This document shows positions 30,848 to 40,740 of a DNA stretch of 64,000 nt, piece after piece (the stretch's first letter is position 1; every line of letters starts with the position of its first letter). The translations under genes were made by a program, and so were the position numbers. The notes under the pieces are model-generated. The model had not been told where the DNA came from and searched no databases. It saw only the letters and a program-made list of their open reading frames with translations. The DNA is from Andalucia godoyi And28 (taxonomy: Eukaryota > Protista > Jakobida). Location: NCBI GenBank assembly GCA_009859145.1, contig VRVR01000034.1:1-64000 (forward strand), written 5' to 3'.

Positions 30848-32545
30848 TCAAAGTGCGTACACATCCAGGACAGAGGGATTTTCACTGAATGCAGGTCTCG
30901 CAATGATTAGTTGGCGAGAAGGGGAGACCGCCATCGCAGGCGTTCCGGCAACGAACGGCGAGGTCGCAGCAGGTGAGCCAATCCTATACGCGTTCACACG
31001 ACCTTCGGTTTCTTGTATCTGGAGAACTGCAGGTTCACAGCCCTTGGGGCATGGAAGAGAGACACCTGACGTGGACATGATCAATACGGATCCATCTGAA
31101 CACAAGACGGCAATGCGACCATCGTCCACAAATGAGATCTCGGAAAAGCAGATGAACGCAGATGCATCGATCCAGCGCCAGGTCCTCGCTTTCGACAAGC
31201 TGCAGTGGGTCACATCTAGATGAGAGATGGTAACGGAGTGCATCGAAACTGTCGCCACAACGGTCGATGATGACTGGATTGCGCATGCACAGTCAACATG
31301 TTCAGGAACCGACAGCATTTGCAACAGCGTCAGCGAAGAGCGAGTCTCGTGACTAACAGAATTCGATGACAGCGAGAGAATCGCAGATTTCCCATCTCGC
31401 CATACACAAAGTAACCTATCATGCGACAGATGCTCCATGAAAGAACACGTTGCCTGAGAACCAACAACATCATGAATGAACTGAAAGCTTGCAAAGTCTA
31501 CACTGCGGGCTACTCTATTCCAATCCTTGCTATTGCCACTGCCTCCCATAATGCTACTGTTGCTGCCCGTCTCGTCTTCAGATTTCCTTTCGCGAAATAC
31601 AAAGGAAACAACACACCCAGCACGGGAAACAAGCGACAAATGAGAGCAGCACGACCCGTCTGGTGAATCGAACACGGGAGACCAGCAAGCATTCGAAAAA
31701 CAAAAGACGTTTCCGTGAAAAGACCACGCGTCTCCTCGGATAGAGAGCACTTCAGACTTTGGTTTTCGACCGCGCTGTGTACGCGTGATGTCTGTCAATG
31801 CTGACGCACTATCGTCCAACACAGACGGAAGCACGTTGTGTCTTCGCAAAGTATCCACTAAATCCGATCGGAATTTCCGAAATAGGACACCCTTCTTATG
31901 ACAATACTCACGATGGCGACGATAAATTTCTTGTCGGAATGACGGGTCCGAGAAGCCCAGAGAGCCGAGCAATTCCGAGTGTTGACTCCATACGTAGTCT
32001 ACAAAGTGGCGCAGAAAGAAGTGACCAGGCATGTTTCTGGACTGCGGAAACGTCCCTGGTTCAGGAACTGCGTCCAACAGACCAGCGATCACCATTTTGG
32101 CAAGGCCTCGAAGATAGAACGCCACAGCGTCGATAGACCACTTCACCAACAGTTCGGTACGCATCGCGCTGGGATCTTCGGGAACGTCCGCACACACAAC
32201 CGGCGAAATCAGCTCGATCAATCGATTTTCCACATCCTCGACTTCAGCGTCGGTCACCTCTGTCAGTCCTTCTGCATCGTCCGCAGGTGCTTCTGGAGCT
32301 TCTGCCGTAGCTTCTGTATCATCCGTTCCATCCACCTGCGGAATGACCGTCGGTGTGTCCGTCGGCATCCGGGGGCCCTCCAAGCTCGAATTGCCATCCA
32401 AAAATGGAGTCATTGTTAGTTCGTGTATGGAGCGAGCATATTGAACGCGTGCGTTCACGAGCTGCGGAGAACAAGTCCCCAATTCTCTCATATATGCCTC
32501 ATAAAACGACGTCATGAAATCGATGCAACAAATTGTCGGATCCAT
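30848..32545 (-). CDS. Uncharacterised protein; acidic N-terminal region with IPQVDGTDD motif and C-terminal beta-propeller-like region
   Basis: Long open frame; beta-strand/WSP pattern (FSNACWSP..LSLVSRAG, LLCVWRDG) is weakly reminiscent of TFIIIC90-like propellers. Start uncertain. Confidence 0.6.
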   Translation of the reverse strand: MDPTICCIDFMTSFYEAYMRELGTCSPQLVNARVQYARSIHELTMTPFLDGNSSLEGPRMPTDTPTVIPQVDGTDDTEATAEAPEAPADDAEGLTEVTDAEVEDVENRLIELISPVVCADVPEDPSAMRTELLVKWSIDAVAFYLRGLAKMVIAGLLDAVPEPGTFPQSRNMPGHFFLRHFVDYVWSQHSELLGSLGFSDPSFRQEIYRRHREYCHKKGVLFRKFRSDLVDTLRRHNVLPSVLDDSASALTDITRTQRGRKPKSEVLSIRGDAWSFHGNVFCFSNACWSPVFDSPDGSCCSHLSLVSRAGCVVSFVFRERKSEDETGSNSSIMGGSGNSKDWNRVARSVDFASFQFIHDVVGSQATCSFMEHLSHDRLLCVWRDGKSAILSLSSNSVSHETRSSLTLLQMLSVPEHVDCACAIQSSSTVVATVSMHSVTISHLDVTHCSLSKARTWRWIDASAFICFSEISFVDDGRIAVLCSDGSVLIMSTSGVSLPCPKGCEPAVLQIQETEGRVNAYRIGSPAATSPFVAGTPAMAVSPSRQLIIARPAFSENPSVLDVYAL

Positions 32546-33772
32546 GGGTATGGTGCTTGTATGGCATATCCAAGAAAACAGCACGGAATCCAGTGCTACA
32601 AACACGGGCCTTGAAAAGCAACAGAAAGAGGAAGAGAATGTCGGTGGGTGGGAAAACGGAACAAACATGAGATCAAACATCGCATCAAAGGGGATTACCA
32701 ACCAACAAACACACGCACACACACACACACATAACGGACAACGCTACGCTATGAAAATGAAGAAACGCAAGAGTGGAGAATAAAGAAAATGAAAGCGGCA
32801 TTAAGAATGGTGAAACATACTCTTTGGAGAACTTCATCACAGGGGACCACTTACATCTTGTGAACGTTCGGAAGCTGGAACATGCTGTGTTATCAGGAAC
32901 ACACTCTGGAGGGGAAGAAAGTCAATGGAAAAAATGTAATTACAATTGTCAGCACACGAGAAAACAGCTTCCAAAAATATTAATGAAAATAACATAATTA
33001 AAAAATTAAAAAAAGGCACACAACGTCGAAAAGCCGAGGAAGGTACGCAGAGAGGACAAACTGTTCATGGCACATCCGATCCGCTTCAATGTGAAATACA
33101 CATCGATGTTCTCAGCATAGGGTTCAGGATGCGTAAGCGACGCTGAAAAGTCAAACGGAGACTGCGGATTCTACGATTCAGAGACGAGGAAGACGAACGG
33201 GTGGTTGGTGAGTTGTTAGACATGTGCTTGGATACATCGTCAATCCACGCAAGAAAAAGAAGAGGAAAATAGGAAGGGCGTGGGGGAAAGAACAGCCGGG
33301 CCACAGTCTCTTTTGCGTGACAGTGTGAAACAGGGTGGGGAAGCATACGGATACGAGGACTTCATTAGCTGTAGTCAGCAAGACATGGCCCGCAAGCGAC
33401 GTCTGTATTGCATGTCGGTGATTCTTCGGGCTAAACGCAACCGCGTGTCGTTCTCTTAACAAGGGGGCGTCGGTCGACATAGGAACATCACGCAGCAACA
33501 AAGGCTTGTAAAAAAGAAAGCGTATCTGGATTCTCTCCATTTGGACTTTGTGATTTTCTTCTTTGGGGCTTTTGTTGAGGGAAAAGTGTGCTTCTGTCAT
33601 TTTTCCATGCAAGTTGAGTCTGTTGAGTCTGTTGAGTCCGTTGCATCCACACGAGGCTAGACAGTCGAACCCTGCCACGAAAAAAGCCAAGAAACGAACA
33701 GCAACGAGGAAACGAAAGAAACGAGAAAAGCTGAAGAGTGAGAAGAGAAGTGCTATCTACTGTTGCTGATGT

Positions 33773-36475
33773 ATGCAGGGATTCATCTATCTTCATAAAA
33801 AGCGCCCTCCGTTAGCATCTTCATTGCCCTCAAGGCCAGCGGACAATCCCGTTTTGCAGAGCACAAACTCGTATTTGGAAGATCTTTCGATCGATTCGAT
33901 TGATCACGCTCGGGTGGATGGCGTGGCTGCTGTATCCGTGCCACAGCCATCGTCTTGCTCTTCTTCATATTCTGAACCAGCGGAGGGCGCGGCTCGCACA
34001 CGTGGATTAAGTGCGGCGAAAATGGAGTTTCTTTCGGCGCTCTCGGAGAAGCTTCGTGCGTTGAAACAATCATCTACGTACGGTGAGACGTCGGATGGCG
34101 CGCAGTTCATGACGGTGTCGCAGGATGTGGTCGTGACACAGTCCATGATCGTCGCGCCGTCTTCTGCGATTCAGGTGGATCTGCGTGGAGTGCTGGTGTC
34201 GAGTGAATGTCATGGCGGCCGGAACGGGGACGGAGGCTCGCAGGATGACTGTAATGATTCCGTTTCCTCCCGAGAGAACTCGCTGTCGGAATCCAATCGG
34301 TCAGGCTCGGACAGCGAGGATGCATACAGCCTGATTGCCCAACGGACATTGCCTGCAGATTTTGCGACTCCAGAAATTGTGGTTACACAGAAGAGGAGCA
34401 ATTTCCAAGCGGGAGTTTCCACCAAGGAAACTGCGAGTGACACTGTGCGCTCAGATGCAGAATCTCTGTCGTCCATGTCCGGACCATTGTTTTCCTCCCT
34501 GGAATTTCAAACAAACCGAACTCTTTTTGAAGAAATTGGCGCAAAGAAAATATGTGGAACTGACACGGCGACAAGGGCGAACGAGAGGCATGAGCGCCAT
34601 TTTCCGACGATCGCTCCTTCGTTTTCTCCCTCCGTGGTCGAGGACATCGTGGTGCAACATTCTCTCCCATTGGATGGCACGCTGGGCTCCATGGAAAAAC
34701 CTCCCTCTGCAATCAGGGAGCGAGACTGCGTTGTTCTCGAACCAGAATCCCAGTTGCCCATGCGAGAGCCAGGGAGCGAACAGGACGCGTCCGCAGTTCC
34801 AGACACGTCTGTGGTGCTGCAGAGTCCTACACAGTCACCGTGCCCAACTCCTGTGAAGCCGACGCAGACCAGTACTGTCGTGGAGACTGTTACTTCTCTC
34901 CTGTCTCCAGTCCTCACGGTTGCCGTAGCCGTCGCCCACTCTGCCTCTGCTTCTGCGTCTGTGTCTGCCTCTTTCGATCGTATTCCGTCGATGGCGAATG
35001 TTCTCGTTCCCGAGTCGCAAGATGCTTCCGCAGTTCGACCACCCCTTGCCGGCTCTCAGGTTGCGATGGCTTCGATGGAAGCGATGATGATGGTGACTGC
35101 TAGTGTGTCCGAAGATTCTGGAAACAGCAATCGTGAGAGCGCATCATCGGTGTCTCTGCCCGAAGAACCCGGTCCCATTGTACATTTGCCGCAGTCTGCG
35201 GCTTCTCCCTCCGCATCAGAGTCGGCTTCCGATTTGTATCCTCTGTTCCCAAACAATCTCATCTCCTTGGAATCGCAGTTGCGGAGGGACTGTAGCAGCA
35301 ATCTGGAGCGACAAGATGCCCCGGAATGTCTGCGTTCTGGTAGATTCCTCATTCCCGCGAGCCAAGAACTCGCGAGAACACTGGTCAGGATTGTGGAGCA
35401 GCCTTTGAAAGACTTCATACCAGCAGTCTCTGATGTTCGAAGAACAATTCCAAGCTCTCAGGAAGAGTTGGAAATCATTCCTGCCTCTCCAGGATGTTCG
35501 CCATTATCACCTGCTCAATTTCTTGACGCGGATTCGAACTGTGAAGTCCCGGAAGCCGGAGGCCGCATGAGCAATGCTGGGAGCAACGCGTTGCAAACCT
35601 CTATCTCCGAACTCGATCCACCACCGATTTCCAAGAAGTCTGCAAAATCAAATGGCCAACAGCCGCAGAAGCGTGCGAATCCAGAGTCCTCGATGGATTC
35701 TTGCGGTGTACCCAGTATCGTGAAACGCTCTCGAGTCCGACATGGAAAGACTGCGACACTTCCCAACGCTGCGTTGTTTGTTGTCGCAGAGGAACCAAAT
35801 TTGCTGGAGCACCCAAGCAGTGGTCTTCGAATGGCACTTTCGGGATCCTCTACCGACCGTGCTGAGACGTTTTTTGCAGATCGCGCTTTCTTGATCTTCA
35901 ACGTCTCCAAAACAACAAAGGACGCGGCTACTGCGCTATCTGCACGTATTCAGCTGCACGGTGGTGTGTTGATCACCGCTCTTCCGAGCATGGAGCAAGC
36001 CACACGCTACAAGAGTGTTCACTGTGTGTCGCTTCAAGAAGGTCTCGTATCGAAAACTCTGATGATGCTTGTTGCTTGTGGATTTTCTCCCGTTCTGTCG
36101 CGATGGATTGATTTCTGCCACGTGAGAAATGAGTTCTTGGACCCTTCGCTCTTCGCGGTCTTTCCGACTGCGCCATTTCATTCCACCTTTATTCCCATGG
36201 AGGATCGAGTCTTCTACGGGGAGAAGGTACTGTTGCATCCGGATCTGTCGTCCTTGGAAGACTGGAGGAACGTCATCGCGGGAGCAGGTGGCATTTGCTT
36301 GTTTGACATGTCTGTCGAGGCGTTGGATGAGGAGTGCTCCTTCTTTGTCGTTGGAGAAGGCGTCGAGCTACCCCGCGATGTTCGGCACTTTGCCCGTTCT
36401 CGTCGAGTACATCCGTCTTACATCGCTCAATGTATTCTACACGGACGCGTGCCTCGAGATCTGCATCCTCGTTGA
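33773..36475 (+). CDS. Tandem-BRCT DNA-damage mediator-like protein (53BP1/Crb2/Rad9-type)
   Basis: Long disordered Ser-rich region with SQ sites (PESQ, IPASQE, IPSSQE). Two C-terminal BRCT-like repeats: FFADRAFLI..LHGG..SRWIDFC and VFYGEKVLL..WRNVIAGAGG..SYIAQCILHG. Confidence 0.72.
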   Translation: MQGFIYLHKKRPPLASSLPSRPADNPVLQSTNSYLEDLSIDSIDHARVDGVAAVSVPQPSSCSSSYSEPAEGAARTRGLSAAKMEFLSALSEKLRALKQSSTYGETSDGAQFMTVSQDVVVTQSMIVAPSSAIQVDLRGVLVSSECHGGRNGDGGSQDDCNDSVSSRENSLSESNRSGSDSEDAYSLIAQRTLPADFATPEIVVTQKRSNFQAGVSTKETASDTVRSDAESLSSMSGPLFSSLEFQTNRTLFEEIGAKKICGTDTATRANERHERHFPTIAPSFSPSVVEDIVVQHSLPLDGTLGSMEKPPSAIRERDCVVLEPESQLPMREPGSEQDASAVPDTSVVLQSPTQSPCPTPVKPTQTSTVVETVTSLLSPVLTVAVAVAHSASASASVSASFDRIPSMANVLVPESQDASAVRPPLAGSQVAMASMEAMMMVTASVSEDSGNSNRESASSVSLPEEPGPIVHLPQSAASPSASESASDLYPLFPNNLISLESQLRRDCSSNLERQDAPECLRSGRFLIPASQELARTLVRIVEQPLKDFIPAVSDVRRTIPSSQEELEIIPASPGCSPLSPAQFLDADSNCEVPEAGGRMSNAGSNALQTSISELDPPPISKKSAKSNGQQPQKRANPESSMDSCGVPSIVKRSRVRHGKTATLPNAALFVVAEEPNLLEHPSSGLRMALSGSSTDRAETFFADRAFLIFNVSKTTKDAATALSARIQLHGGVLITALPSMEQATRYKSVHCVSLQEGLVSKTLMMLVACGFSPVLSRWIDFCHVRNEFLDPSLFAVFPTAPFHSTFIPMEDRVFYGEKVLLHPDLSSLEDWRNVIAGAGGICLFDMSVEALDEECSFFVVGEGVELPRDVRHFARSRRVHPSYIAQCILHGRVPRDLHPR

Positions 36476-36779
36476 TGTTCATGTTCCCTCTCTCTCTCTC
36501 TCTCTTCTTTCTTGTCTTTTTTTCCCCATCTGTTTATTGTTTTTTTTTTCATTCTTCTTCGGATAAATTCCATATTTATTATGATTTTTCATCAGAAAAC
36601 AATACCGCAGAAAAAGAAGTCCGAATTTTGAAAGACCTCGACATTATATAAAAGACACGTTAAAATTTCAAAAATTATCACGAACACACAATGGGCCGCA
36701 GAAATGACGGCCAAGTCACGAAGAACGGCAACTTAATTTAAACACACGCACGCACACTTTCTCTTTCTCTCTCTCTCTC

Positions 36780-38078
36780 TCAGACGAGGTGGGACTGAAT
36801 GACACCAGCCAGGGAAGTGAGCTCTCTCTTGAACTCGGCAGGGAGGGCTTTCCATTCGTTATCGCTCAGGGAAACCAGTTTCCCTCGCAATCGCACCAAA
36901 TCCGAAAGCGGGAAATCATCCGTCAAATCGTCGACTTTAGAATGCCGAACCGAACGAAAGCTCATCAGCTCTCCAGGGGTTGAGTACACCCCGCCATTGC
37001 GCTGCGCTGGCAACTGTGGAGATGTCGACGTCTTCTGTGGCGATGTAGAAGGTCGCGCAGCCGGCAGCCCGCTTTTGTTGGTAGGCCGCGCTTCTGCAAG
37101 CGGTGACATGATCATCACAGCCTGGCGTAATCTTGGTGGAGAGTTTGATTCGCGCTTCAAAGACGACGAATAGGACGGAGTCTGGTTCTGCGCAGCAGAG
37201 GCTGAAGAAGCTGCACTAGAAGCTGGGTGATTGAGCAACGATTGCCATGAAGGAAGCACCTTTTTCTGTTCACGCGACAATCTGGTCTCTGATTTGAGAA
37301 CTGCTTCTTCCAAATCCGACGTTCGAAGTTCGGACTCTCCATGAAACGAGACACCAACAGCGTCGCCATGATCTGTGTTTCTGTCTGCGCCGTCGTCAGT
37401 ATCGTCGTTAAACAATGAGCCCTGTTGATTCTGGTATTTGGACGTAAAAGGCGATCGAGACGCCGCATACTGCTTCCGGAGCGTTTCCCGATAATTACTC
37501 CACACCGAAAGCAACGGTCCGCCTCCATTTGCAGTTGTCCCCGTTGTGGCGCTGACATTAGACCCGGCATTGGCATTCAGCTTGCCGCTCAGCAGTGGCC
37601 CAGAGTCGCCCGTTGCAAAAGTACTGTTCGCTCGGCTCATTTCGGCTTCTGTTTCAGAATCCTCTTGTTCTTGATGCTGTTGCTGCTGACGTCTCGATGT
37701 CACCCACGGAAAAGCGCCCGACTGTTGAAGCAACGACGGACCGACCGGTTGCTGGTGTGCAGGAGATTCGAGTTTCCACCGATACAAGTGTGAAAGATTG
37801 GGATTTGCAACGACGGATTGCAAAACAGAAGTCTGCTTGCTTGGAGTGTATGGATAATGAATACACTGCGATTGGGATGCACGAACTGAATTCTGCGCAG
37901 CAAACAAAACAGCAGACCCAGAGGCAGAATTTATATTCGGAGCAGACCCAGCGTGCACAGGAAGAGACGACTGGGAGCGCAAAGGAGTGAAATGCAAGCT
38001 TGCGGTAGATGAGCCAGAGATGAGACGCTGGTGATGATGATGGTGAACAGGCGTCGTCGTTGATGGTGCGGCGTGCAT
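36780..38078 (-). CDS. Hypothetical low-complexity Ser/Gln-rich protein
   Basis: 432-aa ORF with gene-like flanks; short helical C-terminus; no family recognised. Confidence 0.6.
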   Translation of the reverse strand: MHAAPSTTTPVHHHHHQRLISGSSTASLHFTPLRSQSSLPVHAGSAPNINSASGSAVLFAAQNSVRASQSQCIHYPYTPSKQTSVLQSVVANPNLSHLYRWKLESPAHQQPVGPSLLQQSGAFPWVTSRRQQQQHQEQEDSETEAEMSRANSTFATGDSGPLLSGKLNANAGSNVSATTGTTANGGGPLLSVWSNYRETLRKQYAASRSPFTSKYQNQQGSLFNDDTDDGADRNTDHGDAVGVSFHGESELRTSDLEEAVLKSETRLSREQKKVLPSWQSLLNHPASSAASSASAAQNQTPSYSSSLKRESNSPPRLRQAVMIMSPLAEARPTNKSGLPAARPSTSPQKTSTSPQLPAQRNGGVYSTPGELMSFRSVRHSKVDDLTDDFPLSDLVRLRGKLVSLSDNEWKALPAEFKRELTSLAGVIQSHLV

Positions 38079-38206
38079 CCAGATTGAGTATCGAACACGC
38101 GAGAAAAAGACAGAGAGAGGTACAGAGAAAGACAGAGACAGAGACAGAGTGAGGAAGCGGAGAGAAAAGGATGCGAACGCAGTAAAATGAATTCTGACAA
38201 AAAGTA

Positions 38207-38276
38207 GAAACGAAACGAAACACGAAACGAAACGAAACGAAACGAAACGAAACGAAACGAAACGAAACGAAACGAA
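38207..38276. repeat. (GAAAC)n microsatellite
   Basis: About 13 near-perfect 5-nt units. Confidence 0.95.
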
Positions 38277-38542
38277 GCATGCGAGTTTGGTCGCCTCGTT
38301 TTAACGGGTAGCATCAAGCGTTTCTTTTTTCTTTCTTTCAGTGTGTATCCGTCGGGACATTTCCTGGACTTGGCGGGCCTTTCTTTTTTTGCTCCTATAT
38401 TCGTGATTGCACCCTGAATGTCTCTCACTTCCCGTGTTGGAAACTGCGACTTGGTTGTTCTCGACACTGTTGTCCATTCGTTTGTTGCTGGATTCTTGTA
38501 CTTTTATTATTATTACCTTTTCTATTCACGAGAGTAGAGGTT

Positions 38543-38659
38543 GGAGACTGGAGACTGGAGACTGGAGACTGGAGACTGGAGACTGGAGACTGGAGACTGG
38601 AGACTGGAGACTGGAGACTGGAGACTGGAGACTGGAGACTGGAGACTGGAGACTGGAGA
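38543..38659. repeat. (GGAGACT)16 perfect heptamer tandem repeat
   Basis: 16 full units plus a partial unit ending 2 nt before the ATE1 ATG; no spacers. Confidence 0.97.
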
Positions 38660-38661
38660 TT

Positions 38662-40371
38662 ATGGAAGAGCTGCGAGTTGTTCGAAAGTCCCAACCTCGG
38701 CTGGTTGTCCCTAAGAATCCGGACATGGGATATCCGTGTGGGTATTGCGGGCAGGAAAACACCTCCGTGACGTTTTCGTCTCTTAGTTGCACGTGCGGCC
38801 CTGATCCGAGTCTCACGGTGTCCGACTACCAGTCTGTAATTGACCGTGGTTGGCGGAGGTCAGGAGGCTATCTGTACATTAAAGACAATGAGAAGTCGTG
38901 TTGTCCTCATTATCCAATTCGACTGGATGTGCACAGATTTAGGCCTTCGCACTCGCAGAAACGAGTCATTCGACGGTTTCAGTCTGCGCGATTTGGTCCT
39001 CTGTGCGATATCCCCGACTTACATCGCCATGCCAATTCCGATCACGAACAGGACAAGCAGCGCAGTGAAAAGAAACGCAAGTCGTGGGCATGCATTGTCA
39101 GTGATGTGCTGGGAAAGTCGGAGGCAGTTGCTGCACTGCAACGCGCACTGGCGCTTGAGTTGAAAAACGCTGATGTTGATTCTTCCAAATCGATGAATCA
39201 GTCGAAGAATGAAGTGTCGCTGTTCAGGCTTATGCCGTCGAAGCTGATTCATAGAGGCCAGATCATGTCGAATGCCCCCCTCGCATTTGATCTGGATGCG
39301 GATAAGGCGATGCGGATTGCAGATGCTTTGGTGGCCCAATGCGCGCACGCGGGCGTACTGGATGTTCAGTATGCATTGCCGGGATTTCTCAACGTCAGGC
39401 TCGCTGGAAATGTGTGGACAGACCTTCAAGCGGCGATCGAAAAGGAGCACCTCGAGGTTTTGAAGTGCGATTCCAGCCGGCAGCAGAAGAAGGCACCGGT
39501 CGGCAGCGAGACTGTGGCTGAATCGACTTTGCAAGAACCATTGATGCATACCTTGGGCAGGACCTCTGCGAATTCCTTCACCGTCCAAATCCTGCCATCC
39601 GAATTTTCAGACGAAAAGTACGCATTGTACAAAAAGTACCAAATGGCGGTGCACAAGGATGCCGAAAAAGATTTATCGGAGGACAGATTCGCGAATTTTC
39701 TTTGCGATTCTCCACTTTTTAATGAACCCATGCCATTGAACAGCGCTAGAATGTCTTCCGTTTCGGACGGCCGCGCAAATCCAGCGAATGCTATTACCGA
39801 GTTCGGCTCGTATCACATGGAGTATAGATGGAACGGGATGTTGATTTCGGTTGGCGTCGTGGATATTCTACCGGCTTGCGTTTCCTCCGTGTATTGCTTC
39901 TATGACCCCGCGTGGCATGATGCTGCTCTTGGTGTCGTTTCTGCCATGTGCGAAATCCAGCTCGCGCTCGATCTGGCGCTTCCGTACTTTTACCTCGGCT
40001 ACTACATTCACGGGTGTCCCAAAATGCAGTACAAGGCGGGCTACAGCCCGTCAGATCTGCTGTGCCCTGTGACCCTTCACTGGGTTCCCGCTGAACTTTG
40101 GAGGGATCAAATCTGCGCCAACAAGTTCTGTCGACTGGACAAGGGACACGAGGAAGATGCGGCAAGCCGGCAGAAGCCTATCTCTCGGACGGAGATTCTG
40201 TCTCAGAGGGTGCTCGTCCATCTGCCCCGTGCTGTCGAGACGTGGACCGTTGCGAATGTCCTGTCTGCGGTTTCCAAGCCCGCTGGAGAAAAAATCGTTG
40301 CTGCGATTCAGCGGTACATGCAAGCGGTAGGCCCTGAGCTTTGCAAAGAAATGGATCTTGTGTTCCAGTAG
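38662..40371 (+). CDS. ATE1: Arginyl-tRNA--protein transferase
   Basis: CGYC, IDRGWRRSGGYLY, CCPHYPIRLD, LYKKYQMAVH, FLCDSPL, GSYHMEY, SSVYCFYDP, LGYYIHGCPKMQYK. Confidence 0.95.
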   Translation: MEELRVVRKSQPRLVVPKNPDMGYPCGYCGQENTSVTFSSLSCTCGPDPSLTVSDYQSVIDRGWRRSGGYLYIKDNEKSCCPHYPIRLDVHRFRPSHSQKRVIRRFQSARFGPLCDIPDLHRHANSDHEQDKQRSEKKRKSWACIVSDVLGKSEAVAALQRALALELKNADVDSSKSMNQSKNEVSLFRLMPSKLIHRGQIMSNAPLAFDLDADKAMRIADALVAQCAHAGVLDVQYALPGFLNVRLAGNVWTDLQAAIEKEHLEVLKCDSSRQQKKAPVGSETVAESTLQEPLMHTLGRTSANSFTVQILPSEFSDEKYALYKKYQMAVHKDAEKDLSEDRFANFLCDSPLFNEPMPLNSARMSSVSDGRANPANAITEFGSYHMEYRWNGMLISVGVVDILPACVSSVYCFYDPAWHDAALGVVSAMCEIQLALDLALPYFYLGYYIHGCPKMQYKAGYSPSDLLCPVTLHWVPAELWRDQICANKFCRLDKGHEEDAASRQKPISRTEILSQRVLVHLPRAVETWTVANVLSAVSKPAGEKIVAAIQRYMQAVGPELCKEMDLVFQ

Positions 40372-40740
40372 CATAGGGTCAGCTTTCTATCGTTGTGCAG
40401 GCATTTTTGCACGGCAGACCCAAGTCTTCGTAAAATAAAAATAAAAACGCTAGCATCCACCTCTCTCTACGCGTGTGTGTGTGTGTGTGTGTGTGTCTGA
40501 ATTTTGAAAAACCCCTGCAGAAAATTTACTTACCAACACTTTGAGCGTATGATACAAGAAGAAAACAAGAAAAAGAAAAGTGCTGAGAAATAGAATTCAT
40601 CGCGCGACGCTTGTCTCGAATCGTTTTTTGCAGGCACGGCACGGCACACGATTCCCATCAAAACCAATGGAGACACAAGTGCTGTGGGCAGCAAAACACA
40701 ATTTTTGCCGAGAGAACTCGCGAGACTTTTCTTCTCCCCC

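Noticed and set aside
38543-38659. CRISPR-like array possibility (also 55387-55487)
   Set aside because: Contiguous identical short units with no spacers; these are microsatellites.
38407-38661. ATE1 N-terminal GDWRLET repeats
   Set aside because: Product of translating the (GGAGACT)n microsatellite from a non-ATG start.
11481-40371. Apparent functional clustering (ATG18+ATG16; USP7, DeSI, GID4, ATE1; NOP58, DIM1, PRMT5, LUC7)
   Set aside because: Mixed strands, interleaved with unrelated genes, and large functional classes; expected by chance in a gene-dense genome.
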